DNA of 64,000 nucleotides, taken from Lingula anatina (lineage: Eukaryota; Animalia; Brachiopoda). Every line of letters starts with the position of its first letter. The first letter of the stretch is position 1. This document shows, piece by piece, positions 49,401 through 61,440 of the stretch. The DNA lies in assembly GCA_051362555.1 (NCBI GenBank), contig CM120640.1, positions 56,646,788 to 56,710,787 of the forward strand. The letters run 5' to 3'. Under the pieces are notes generated by a model. The model worked only from the letters and a program-made list of their open reading frames with translations, made no database searches and was not told the origin of the DNA. The translations under genes were made by a program, and so were the position numbers.

Positions 49401-52400
49401 ATCCATTTAAACAGCATAGCAAAACCCTTCGATTTCTCAAAACTTGATGAATTTAACTTGCATGTCCTTTATATCATGGAAGTGAAATCTGTATCAATGG
49501 CTACTTTACTTTTGCCATGATTCCATATTTGTCAATTTAGAATGCTTTCATATTTTCCCCATTTCTCCATGTGTGATATGTTATGCCTGTTAAGTAAACC
49601 CATTTACAATGGAATGATTTAAAATTGATATAAATCTTTTTTAATGAATACACTTACATAATATTTTATTGCGATAGATTTGTTGATTAAAAGTTCTGTG
49701 CTTTATGCATTTCTTATGGTGTGCTTAGTAACTGCACTTTTATATTAAAAGATTGCTTTGTCTAATCACCAAATTGAATCTCTTTTTAACTGCTTTTAAT
49801 TTCTAGTTATTGTAGTTGTCTCTTTTTTTATGTAATACTCTGTGCCTCGAGGCAGATTCTCAAGATTTAGCAAGCAGATTCACAGGTTTTAATGCCTTAC
49901 ATAACAATTCCATATGATAAATGTGAAACCAAGACTATACATGTAAATTTATTGATATAAAGCTGTTTACTAATTGTCAGTGATGGGATGTAGCAAGTTG
50001 ACAGTAAACCATTTCTGACCATGAAATTTTTGTCCCTATATTTAATCTGTTAGTAATTTTATGACAATTCCATATCCCATCTTTTCTCCACAGTAGAAAG
50101 TACTAGTATTACCTGTCATATGTCTACTGTACACATTTTACTCAGATCCTGTACCCATTATAGTCTCCATTACTCTAAGATGAATGTAACACATTTTTCT
50201 TACCTGAAATTTATTTATTTATTTGCTCATCAAAATTTCAATGTGATAAACAATATCAAGATAAAAAATCCCAATGCTTCACAATGTTTAATCAACAATT
50301 AATATTGGCCAACACTGATAAACTATGCTCCACACATTTGCATTTTGAGCTTTGACTTTGGATTGACCATTTCTACTATAGGGTTTGATAGTCTTCCTGA
50401 AGGAGTTATTTGGTTATGCAAAACCTGAACATCTTCAAGATGTAAGTCTGATCTACTGCATGCTTATACGGGGACCTTGGGGGTTAATTATAGCTTTCTG
50501 TTTAGTACATGGTGTTTGGACATGCTTAATATCTAACAATTGTGAAGCTCATTAAATTTTTCTTTGTATCAGAACTGGGCAGATGGATGTCCTGCAAGCT
50601 ACTACACATACGGTGTATCCTGTTTGCTTTTTTGAAGTGTGTTTTCTTGTGTTTCATATGACCCCCAACCAAACATTGATTTAGATTATGTTGGTGTTTT
50701 GTACTAATATTGTATATAGAGTTTGTTATTTTCAAGCAGTGATTCTTTGTTCTTATCCCACCAAGTTTTCTTTATGATTGAAGTAAAAAGAAAAAATACA
50801 GCAATATCTGTGTGTTGAAATATCATTTTCACAAGCATGACACCAAACTGTGAAATATTATCATGGTCATATATCATTAATTGCATGAAAAATTATCAAC
50901 AAGGTGTTGGACAATTAACAGTGCAGTATTTGACAAAAACATTCAATGGAGCATTCGACAACAGTTGTCAGTGCATTAAACAAAAAAGCCAGTGCAGCAA
51001 TAAATGGCAATTATTAAATAAAGCATTGGACAGCATTATCAGTGCAGTATTGGACAGCAATTATTACTTAAGTGTTGGATAGCAGTTATTGTACCACCAG
51101 CGTAGGCGCTGGCGGTACACATGGTTTTAGTCCCGACCCGTATGTTCCGCCGGCTCCTGCGGCTCCTGCGGCTCCGCCGCCAAGTCACCGTTACCGCTTC
51201 TCCTCCTAGACGGTAAGGGCCTCCATACCCATCTCTTGGATTTAGGTCACCTATAATCTCAACTCTTTCCACGTAAAATTTGGGCTTTGTCGGTATTGGG
51301 GTCTAGGTGTGGCACTCATTGCAATGCACCCTTGTCCAAAAATGGCAAAATTAAATGCTAATTATCTCCCCTACGGAAGGAATTATGGGAAAAATTTCTA
51401 CAGACAGCTTTCCAAAAGTCATATGTGTAGATTTCAAATATGCCCTTGGATTTGACCTTTGACCTTTATTTCAAGGTCAAACGGGCCAAAATTAAAAAAA
51501 AAACAATTTTTGCTGAAAAAAAAATTATTTGCGGTCTTATTCAGACACCACAAAGACTTAACTAATAATATTAATGGAAAGTGTTACCCTTCGGGTCATC
51601 TTTCATCTCCGTGAATTTGGGGTCAATCGGTGCATTTTCACGGGAGTAGCGGCCATAAGATATCGAAACTGAAAACTGTCTCTAATTCGGGAACCGTTAA
51701 TGCTAGACACCCATTCTTTTTTGCATTTTGTAGGGCATTTAAAGCCCAACACTGGAGGTGGTCTCCGTTTTTTTGTATTCCATACGGTTTTCGAGTTACG
51801 CTGTATCAAAAAGTACATATTGGTGGTGAAAGCTAAATGTGCAGTACGGTAATGGATAAAAAATTTTGAACTCCGGAAAAATAAAACATAAGGCTTGGCA
51901 AAGCAGACAACTTGTGGTCAAAAATGACATTATTTCATCAAATTTGAACATCTGGAACTTCAGAGCACCTCCCATTTCAAGAATTTTGACCAAAATGACC
52001 TTTTCTTTATTTTAATTAATTTTTTCTGTAGGAAATTTATGGCACATTATGATAACTCCAAAATTATAACATTTAGTCCCTTATATCTCCAAAACTGGCA
52101 GAGATAGGTCCATAGTTACTATTGAAGTTGAATAGGAAGTCATATACTGGCAATCTAAATGTGACCTTAAAATTGACCTTTGACCTACTTTTCACCATGA
52201 ACTGAACTTTGCAAATTTTGCTTCCCTTTTATCTCCAAAACTGGCAGAGATAGGTCCATAGTTACTATTGAACTTGAATAGAAAGTCATATACTGGCAAT
52301 CTACATGTGACCTTAAAATTGACCTTTGACCTACTTTTCACCATGAACTGAACTTTGGAAATTTTGCTTCCCTTTTATCTCCAAAACTGGCAGAGATAGG

Positions 52401-55400
52401 TCCATAGTTTCTATTGAACTTGAATAGGAAGTCATATGCTGGCAATCTACATGTGACCTTAAAATTGACCTTTCACCTACTTTTCACCAAGAACTGAACT
52501 TTGCAAATTTTGCTTCCCTTTTATCTCCAAAACTGGCAGAGATAGGTCCATAGTCTCTATTGAACTTGAATAGGAAGACACATACTGGCAATCTAAATGT
52601 GACCTTAAAATTGACCTTTGACCTACTTTTCACCATGAACTGAACTTTGCAAATTTTGCTTCCCTTTTATCTCCAAAACTGGCAGAGATAGGTCCATAGT
52701 CTCTATTGAACTTGAATAGGAAGTCATATACTGGCAATCTACATGTGACCTTAAAATTGACCTTTGACCTACTTTTCACCATGAACTGAACTTTGCAAAT
52801 TTTGATTCTCTTTTATCTCCAAAACTGGCAGAGATAGGTCCATAGTTACTATTGAAGTTGAATAGGAAGTCATATACTGGCAATCTAAATGTGACCTTAA
52901 AATTGACCTTTGACCTACTTTTCACCAAGAACTGAACTTTGGAAATTTTGCTTCCCTTTTATCTCCAAAGTTACGCTGTATCAAAAAGTACATATTGGTG
53001 GTGAAAGCAAAATGTGCAGTACGGTAATGGATAATAAATTTTGAACTTCGGAAAAATAAAACATAAGGCTTGGCAAAGCAGACAACTTGTGGTCAAAAAT
53101 GACATTATTTCATCAAATTTGAACATCTGGAACTTCAGAGCACCTCCCATTTCAAGAATTTTGACCAAAATGACCTTTATTTTAATTAATTTTTTCTGTA
53201 GGAAATTTATGGCACATTATTGTAACTCCAAAATTATAACATTTAGTCCCTTATCTCTCCAAAACTGGCAGAGATAGGTCCATAGTTACTATTGAAGTTG
53301 AATGGGAAGTCATATACTGGCAATCTAAATGTGACCTTGAATTTGACCTTTGACCTACTTTTCATCATGAACTGAACTTTGCAAATTTTGCTTCCCTTTT
53401 ATCTCCAAAACTGGCAGAGATAGGTCCATAGTCTCTATTGAACTTGAATAGGAAGTCATATACTGGCAATCTACATGTGACCTTAAAATTGACCTTTGAC
53501 CTACTTTTCACCATGAACTGAACTTTGCAAATTTTGATTCCCTTTTATCTCCAAAACTGGCAGAGATAGGTCCATAGTTACTATTGAACTTGAATAGGAA
53601 GTCATATACTGGCAATCTTAAAGTGACCTTGAAATTGACCTTTGACCTACTTTTCACCATGAACTGAACTTTGCATATTTTGCTTCCCCTTTATCTCTGA
53701 AACTGGCAGAGATAGGTCCATAGTTACTATTGAACATGAATAGGAAGTCATATACTGGCAATCTAAGTGTGACCTTGAAATTGACCTTTGACCTACTTAT
53801 TATCATGAACTGAACTCTGCTAATTTCTTTCTCTTTTAACTCCAAACCTGGCAGAGATAGGCCCATAGTTACTATTAAAGTTGAATAGGAAGTCATATAC
53901 TGGCAATTTACTGTGACCTTGGAATCGACCTTTGACCTACCTTACGATGAACTTAACTTTGATCGTACCATTTTTAGTAATATATATATCTTTTGCATAT
54001 TTTGAAAATTCTTGTTGATTGCATTTTTACAGCTTGTCAAGCACAAGACTGGTGGCTGTGTTCCTTATTTTGTATATGTGGGGGTCTATACGAATGTGTT
54101 TGCTCCAGCTGGTGGTACAATATTCGGAGGCAGTATCGCCTCTCTGATCCTCTAGTTACTACAGTCTTGGACTCCGACAGCAGTACTCGAGGCAGTTATG
54201 GACGATGGTCATCATTATTGCAATATATATATATATATGTATAGCTGGCAAGGCAATGTTTGATGATAAAGATTCCTGCAAAGTTCCCTGCAAGACAGTA
54301 ATGGACAATTTTCAGTGTAGTATTACATAGCACCTTTTTGGGATTTATGCATGTATCAAAAACATAACTATACTAATCAGGGGTGGGTTGTGGGAGTGAA
54401 TAGGTACTAAGTCTAATCATGGTTAATCTGGATCCAGACTAGGTTTAAGTGATCATGGAAGATCAGAGCCAATCAGCTTTGAACATTCTGGTATTAAGTA
54501 ATAGATAAACACTTACCCTTTATTTCTTTGCAGCTGGTAGTGTGTTTTATTTTACAGACCTTAAATGGGTTGGGACCAGTCTAGTCATATTATCCTTTTG
54601 CATGGATAGATATTAGTATTACCCTATAATCTTTGTACTGCATTTCAAGTCTTTTTACCTTACTATAAAGTCAAAATCTTTGCACATCTCTTAATTTAAA
54701 GTTGAACAATTCTGCAGTTGTCTTTACTTGTGTTTATATCATGACAAAACTTCTCTTTCACTTTTTACTAGTTTTTGATAAATGCATGTTATTTTTAGTT
54801 CTTGCCAAATTTCCACTGCATCAATGTATCTCGTAGCTACCTTTCCTTGGTTAATACTTTAAGGAATTCAGCTATCATCTTCTATCAGGAATTGCGAAAA
54901 GCTTGTTAGGAACATATCTATATGGTGTATCTCTTTGGCTTACTGGCATCTTGAATGGATCTGGATTACTAGCATCCTGAATTTATAATCAACTACCTGT
55001 CAATTAAGATGAAACAATTCTATATATACATAATGTATACACAAAAAGATTATAGATAATATTTGCATTAGTTATTTCTTATTTTATGATCCTGTATTAT
55101 TATGCTAGGCTGAGCCAACCTAACTTAAATTTGCCTACATAAAAGATGTAGTTTAACACAATATGCACATTAAAAATTAAAGAAGATGCTGGAGATCTTT
55201 CTTTGAGAGCTTTTGTTGCCAGAATTTTCGGTTAAAACACCATAAAGATCTGTTGCCCAAGGTTTTTCTTCACAACACTGTCAGAGGGGATGGTGGATGT
55301 TTGGGCCCCTGCTTCACTATGCATTTTACTTTGCAGGTTGATATAACAGAATGGATTTCATCCAAACACAACATGGGAATGGCTATGGACAGGAATTGGT

Positions 55401-57008
55401 GGGAAATTATCAGAAAATGTGCTCAGGTAAATAATAATTATTATTTGTAAAATTGTGTGGTGTGTTGCTTCGTTAATTGAATGTGAGATGTCAAAGTTAA
55501 GTTTTAAAAATTAACAGCTCTTCATATGAGATTCAAAATTTCACAATAAATACATTATGAACAACACAATGAAATATAATAAATTCCATTTTACCACCAA
55601 AATGGCGATTATCGCAATTATTCTGAAATCTGTGTTTGCCAGTCCATTGGACCACGTGGACCTTCATGGATGGCTACCCTCCTTAATAATCTCTAAAGAT
55701 ATAACAGAATGGATCTGGATCTCTAAAGAGATTATTTCAAAATCCACATTAAAAAAACCATTGGAAAGTATGGGAAAATTGTCATTTACCCCAGGAAAAT
55801 CTGTTTTATGGCACTTCTCTGCTGTCACGAAGAGTTGTCATCCCTTTGAGAATATTGATATAGAGCTTTGTGAGATATAGGGTATGCAATCAGCCAGGGT
55901 AATGTATTGAAAGAAGTATCGTTTTTCTGGAATAAATGAAGTCTTTTTTGTTTTAGGTATTTTGTAAATTTGATGATTACAATTGGGACTGGAGTTTACA
56001 GTATGTAAGTTCTACCTGTATAGCTGGAGGACTGAAAGTGATGTTAATGAAGGGGCCAAGAGTGTTCCATATAGGAGAATGGTAAGTGCTGGTGGTAATC
56101 CATGTAGAGAGAACACAGTATTCTTTATGAAAAACATGAAAGTCTTTTTGTCTATTTGTAAAGTATTGAAATTGCCCACATATTGACTCCCTCATTCTGC
56201 TTTATGAAGATTTATTTAGTGATGCACATTCAAGTGCTATCACAAGCAGTTTTTAAAATTAAATTTTGATCCCTTTAATAAATCTTTTTGCAACAGTAGT
56301 CAGCAACAAAGCCAACATTTGTAGTCAGATATAGGCTGCATTCAGAACAGTGAACCAACTAGTCAGCAGGCCAAATATGGTGACCCACTAAAAAGCTTGC
56401 CATCTAATCCGCAAATAGACACTGAATAGATTCCCTGTTGGGAAGTATTCAAGTGGGTCAGCCATATTTGACTCTCATACTAGTTAGTCCACTGTTCTGA
56501 GTGCAGCCATATGAAGGTACATTTGCACCAAACATTGGTGGAGTATGGATTCCCAGTAACACATTAACCACTTCTACTAGTTTCTGAAAAGGGCTCAAAT
56601 AAAGTCAACATGCCAAGGGATAAACCAAATGAATTATTCGATCAGCTGTTTCGATATATTTGGTCTATTGAAGGCATACTATTGAAACTTAACTGGTATG
56701 GTGGCATTTGGTTGGCTTTTGTGGCAAAAAAATATACTTCAAATGCATCTTTAAGTCTATCCTGTTTCCTTTTCAGTGGTGTTCACCACAAGGGTAAAAA
56801 CTGTGATCCTCATGCCAAGGTGCAGCAGATCAGTAGCATGCTGGCAGCCAACAGACAGCACCTGTTTCCAGATAAACTACAAGTATCCCATGTCATAAAT
56901 AAAAAATCTAAGTCACCAAAGGGAAATGGAGGTTGGGGAGACATAAGGGACCATGAATTATGTTTAAGTTTCCTTGAGCATCAAAAGCCAACAAAAACAA
57001 CAAGGTAG
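45623..57008 (+). CDS. MGAT2: Alpha-1,6-mannosyl-glycoprotein 2-beta-N-acetylglucosaminyltransferase (GnT-II), 8 coding exons
   Basis: Exons 45623-46192, 46551-46648, 46874-46973, 47876-48006, 49245-49320, 55337-55426, 55957-56081, 56777-57008, in phase. Type II transmembrane anchor. Motifs: VIVVQVHDR, FPGKDPKDCPRD, YGHYREAKYAQTKHHWFWK, LLEEDHY, WISSKHNMGMA, FCKFDDYNWDWSL, PRVFHIGECGVHH, NGGWGDIRDHELC. Confidence 0.96.
46410..46457. repeat. (ATT)n microsatellite
   Basis: attattatt... run. Confidence 0.95.
48208..48424. mobile_element. PIF/Harbinger-like MITE
   Basis: TIRs gggctcattcccattgaaactatc ... gatagtttcaataggaatgaaccc with TTA TSD. Internal inverted repeat tgcaatcagt/actgattgca. Confidence 0.8.
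51086..54157 (+). mobile_element. Non-autonomous Helentron/HINE (DINE-1-like) element containing a satellite array
   Basis: 5' TTATTGTACCACCAGC has a nearby partial inverted copy (gctggcggtaca) and a short cggctcctg repeat. The 3' end has a subterminal inverted copy GCTGGTGGTACAATA, a hairpin ggaggc-agtatc-gcctc and the terminus CTAGTT. No TSD. Confidence 0.8.
52085..53960. repeat. 146-bp tandem repeat (6 units plus ~5 units) interrupted by a ~295-bp duplicate of the pre-array segment
   Basis: ccaaaactggcagagatagg recurs at 52089, 52235, 52381, 52527, 52673 and 52819. Then 52969-53260 repeats 51795-52090, and units resume at ~53259, 53405, 53551, 53697 and 53842. Confidence 0.95.
55508..55845. 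mobile_element. TTAA-type MITE, copy 3 (more diverged)
   Basis: Colinear with 16091-16427. Right TIR gaagagttgtcatccct; left end eroded. Confidence 0.7.
56334..56508. mobile_element. MITE with ~30-bp TIRs
   Basis: ggctgcattcagaacagtgaaccaactagt ... actagttagtccactgttctgagtgcagcc, with a 3-bp ATA flanking repeat. A similar terminus occurs at ~43030. Confidence 0.8.
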
Positions 57009-59132
57009 CATACTTTGACTAGGGATCCAAATGTATGGTGTCAAGGCCTCCATAGGAACATATGTATCGTGATCCAGTTGCCAGTAGAAGATGGATGATG
57101 AAGGAGATAGTGTGTTAGCTCGAATTATCACTAAAGAGGGGAGGGCAGTGAGTATAAAAAGGATCTGAATAAGCAGTGTCATTAACTTGGAGTAGTAGCA
57201 GTAGAAGTTGTCACTGTATTTCCTTAGGTGAATGTAAATGCTTGGTGGATACAGATTACGTGAGCTCAATAGGTTATGAGCATGTTTGACAACCAATTTC
57301 TGTAGGTTTTCTCTGGATTATGCAAGTTTTACCTAGCTATAACTTTTACTGAACAATGAACATGTTACATTCTTGATATCTTGATAATGGGTAAATAGTA
57401 CAGTGGATTCAAAACATTACTCGGGAGGTTGAAAACGTACAGTAGACTTTGCCTGCCACTTTGAAAGGAGGGTTGACTCCATCTATTGTACATGTATATC
57501 AGGTTGATCATGGCAGAAATTAATTGATATCAGACCTCAATTACTTAATGTTTCATAAAAAATTTAATATTGTATATTACAACATGTTGAATTTGGATGA
57601 ATGGACACTAGTCTATGATTAAGATACATCACCTTTTGTAAATTTGCAATTGCTTCTCTTTCAAGTAACTTTTTCTGCGTGATCATTTTGTCAAAAGGTG
57701 TAGAACAGACATGGAATTGATTTAGTCAGTTTTCTATAAACATTTAGAATGTGTATATAAATTTAGTAATCAAAAGAGTAGTGGGACATGAACTTATTAG
57801 TCAATCATTAAAGCTTAGCATTTTTTTTGGGCTGTTCGAAGCTGTTTGTCTCAGTTTTAAATGCACAAAATAACCTTACTTTTTGGTGAAATGTAATTGA
57901 GCCATATTACTGTATATCAGTTTATTTTTTCATCCATGTTATTTACACTGAAAAACATGCTTTAAATAAAAAAAAAATACTTTATATGAAATCCAGTTCC
58001 ATTTAATTAAGCAAAAGCACTTATTTGTAGTATAATTTACAACGCTAAAACTAGTTTGACACATTTACGTGTGCATTGGTGACTATTGCCAGTATCTCAT
58101 TTTTCAAATGTTTTAAATTGAAGCAATATTTCATAGATTAATTCTTTTATTTAATATTTGTATTAACTAATAAAAAGATGATTTCTAAGATATGGTTTGG
58201 TATTCATTTATTTGTTTTTGCTGGTGAAGTAGACCATTATATGCTATACTCTTGGAGCTTATGGAGACCTGTTTCACTTACATGCACAAATGAGCACCAA
58301 AGTAAACATGGTTTAATATTAAGACAGATTTATAAATATACATGGGCAAGCAAATTACAGACTATGAAATGTTGGAGGAAATGCACTATAATTTGGCTAA
58401 TTAAGTGCGTACCATTGGTGTGGCATGTAGAAATATCATGAGCGATTCTTATTAAATTATTGAACTAGATAAGCAGATTTGATTCTTCAATCCAAAAGTT
58501 AGATTTTATCATGCCTTATTTGAAGGCTGGTATATGCTTGTCATTTGTTTAAGTAGAGCCTCGTCTAAAAAGAAGGCCACATAGGTAAACTAAGCTGACT
58601 GGACCAAGGTGACATTGTGTCACATCTATCGCTGGTAATTATTTTCAATCCAGAAATGCTTGTGACAAAAGGATGCAAAATTTTGATTCCTTTCAACCAT
58701 CTACTTAGTAACATTCTGTAAGATGCTGATACATCTGTATGAGAAGGAAACCCAAATCATATTTCAGTGTATCAAACAATGTTACAACTAATCACGTCAA
58801 AATGGATTTGAAATAATATATTGCCAAATGAAGAGGGGTGTGCCATATGTTATGAAAGTGAAATTATATGAAAAGTCTTTCAAGTGCAGCACCACAAAAA
58901 CTAAAAAACTCATAAATCATAATATAAGAGAATGCATGTGAAACTGACATGCATTCTCTTAATATATATATAATATATATTATCATTCTAAATACAATAT
59001 TGCACCCAAGTTGCAAATCAACACAAAAGTGAAGGTAGACTTAACCTCAAACAACCACTGGTTCTATCTACTTTAATGCAAAGCCCGTTTGAGCTATCCT
59101 CAACAACACATACTATCAAGTCTAGAAACTAA

Positions 59133-59392
59133 GGCCATTTTCACATTGAGCAGTAGTTTTCTGTACCACACCAGTTCAAATTTTCTTAGCATAAAATTTC
59201 AATCGGGGGGAATGTAGGTACCCCCTTTCGCAAGCCCTTATGCATCAGTCAAAATTCACTGGGTTAACTGGCCTTGTTAAGCATGGTGGCTCTGTTTAAG
59301 TGCATATTGCATAATTTTCATACCATTATTAATTTGCCAATCTCTCTAACTACAGCAATGCAGAAAACTATCGCTCTGTGTGAAAAGGGGCC
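59133..59392. mobile_element. PIF/Harbinger-like MITE
   Basis: ggccattttcacattgagcagtagttttctg ... cagaaaactatcgctctgtgtgaaaaggggcc with TAA TSD. Confidence 0.7.
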
Positions 59393-61440
59393 TAAGTGAG
59401 AGAGAACCTTACAATTTGCAAATGCAAATGTTCTCCACATGATGCAAAAAATATCACTTGAAGCACCAAAATCCCATAGATATATGAAGTATCATAAATA
59501 TCTGTATGCTAGGTTATGTTTATACATATATGTGGAGCATTTTGAGGTGCTTACATATATAATGGTGGATAATGTGAAAAGTGGTTATAGCAGAACCAGA
59601 CAAAACACAAAAAAAAAAAACTTTATTCTTTCTGTTGCACAAATTCAGGTTTGCTGTTTGATAGGGGTACTCATATACAGAATTCAGACTAAATCATTTG
59701 AAAGACATCAGCAAATGCTGGTGACAGGCAAATTTTTCACATATTTCTGAAAACACTCAAATACTCATTTCCAATAAAAATACAGGTCAGGAAGAATGAA
59801 CATTTCTAATAGCTGTGGTGTTGAAAAGACCATTATTATTATTGGAAGAAATGTGTTAGGTGAGACGGTTGCTTGCAAATACCTTTCCAACAGGCATCAT
59901 TTACATAATGAACAGCACACACAAAGGTTTGCATGTTCATAATCAACACCAGTTTAACCACCTTACTTAAATTCAGAATGAATCCATGTACTTTTCAAAT
60001 AAAACAGAGGTATATGATACAAAATGAGATACAGCGTATATACTTTACATTTTGGTTGCATATCATCTTGGACAAACAATAAATGTATGTTATGAGGTTA
60101 TGATATACAATCTATTCCATGACTAAATCATTTAACTGGTTATTCTGGTTACTTAACATGTTTTACCCTCTTTAAAGTTTATTATTATAATTATTATTAT
60201 TATTGTCACAGTACTTTACTTTCTCAATAATAATAATAATAATAATGTTGATGGCTTAAATTTGCATACACAAAGTCAAATATCTTTATATGTATTCTAT
60301 TATATTGTCAAATGAAAATGTTTCGGAAGTGGGTTTTCTATAAGAAACATTACACTGTATACTGATAATTAATAGAAAACAATGTAAATTTACTATTAGT
60401 CTTAGAACCAAAACATGCAACTGATATTGATGTAGATGATATTTGCAAACAGATCACTATAGTCCAGTGCAGTCTGCTCTCTATGAAGTACAGCAAATAA
60501 TTTCAATGTTACAATGATTTTGTACATCCTACTACAGTAATGGTACATTAACGTTCAAAGTGCCACTAGGCTTCCTTTAGACAATGTCAGGTCATAATGC
60601 AGCATGTAGCATACATAACCATTCAAATAAATAAAATATTCTAACATGTATAATTCCTATGATTCTATTATGTTATACATCCAAATAATGGGATAAAAAT
60701 GTGAAAAAAAGCATTGTGAAAAACATAAGCAAACTAAAAAGTGGTACTGCGATCCTGTACACAGATATGAAACCTGTCAATAGTTAAAATGTATCCCTGT
60801 AATATTATTATTTGCTTACTGGAATACACACATCATGTCAACTACTGATCCAACAGTATTAATTGGTGAATAATCAAACCTATAATCTAAAACTGTCCAA
60901 AAACCACCAATCTAAATATCTATCAATAACAATTCCTAGCTCATTTTGTCATTGTTGAACAAAACATTGCCAAAGCACCAGACTTAATTAATCTCTGTCC
61001 ATTCATATGCACTGATGTATTTGAATCCTTATTGAACCCTACTTACTGAACCAACCCCCAAAAATGAGAAATGTCAAGAAAATATTACTGTCAATTGTTT
61101 CCAATCACTTAAGATCATTATAGCAATAGCTTTGCCACAACCATTTACAATACAGACATCACTGAAAAAAATAACCCATTGGGTAAAGAAAAAAATTGGT
61201 TGTCAAGAACACTTAGAAAGTGATTCTTTTCAGTGAAGAGCACATCATGCCCAGGATGTATCAACCAGAAAGCTGCCAATGATGTAAGACCCACTGACTT
61301 CTCCCTCCATGATAAAACATGCCACAAACTTTCTTGATCTGAGGCACAAGCTCCCCCATTTTCAAAATTTTACAGCTATCATGAGAGCCATGCATGGGTC
61401 TAGGACTCTTTATTTTTGTTAGAAAATCTGAAGACACCCT

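Noticed and set aside
51796-53277. Duplicated 65-aa ORFs (MVKILEMGGALKF...)
   Set aside because: By-product of the internal duplication in the Helentron-like element.
52085-53960. CRISPR-like regular array
   Set aside because: Whole 146-bp units repeat with no unique spacers, the context is eukaryotic and there are no cas genes.
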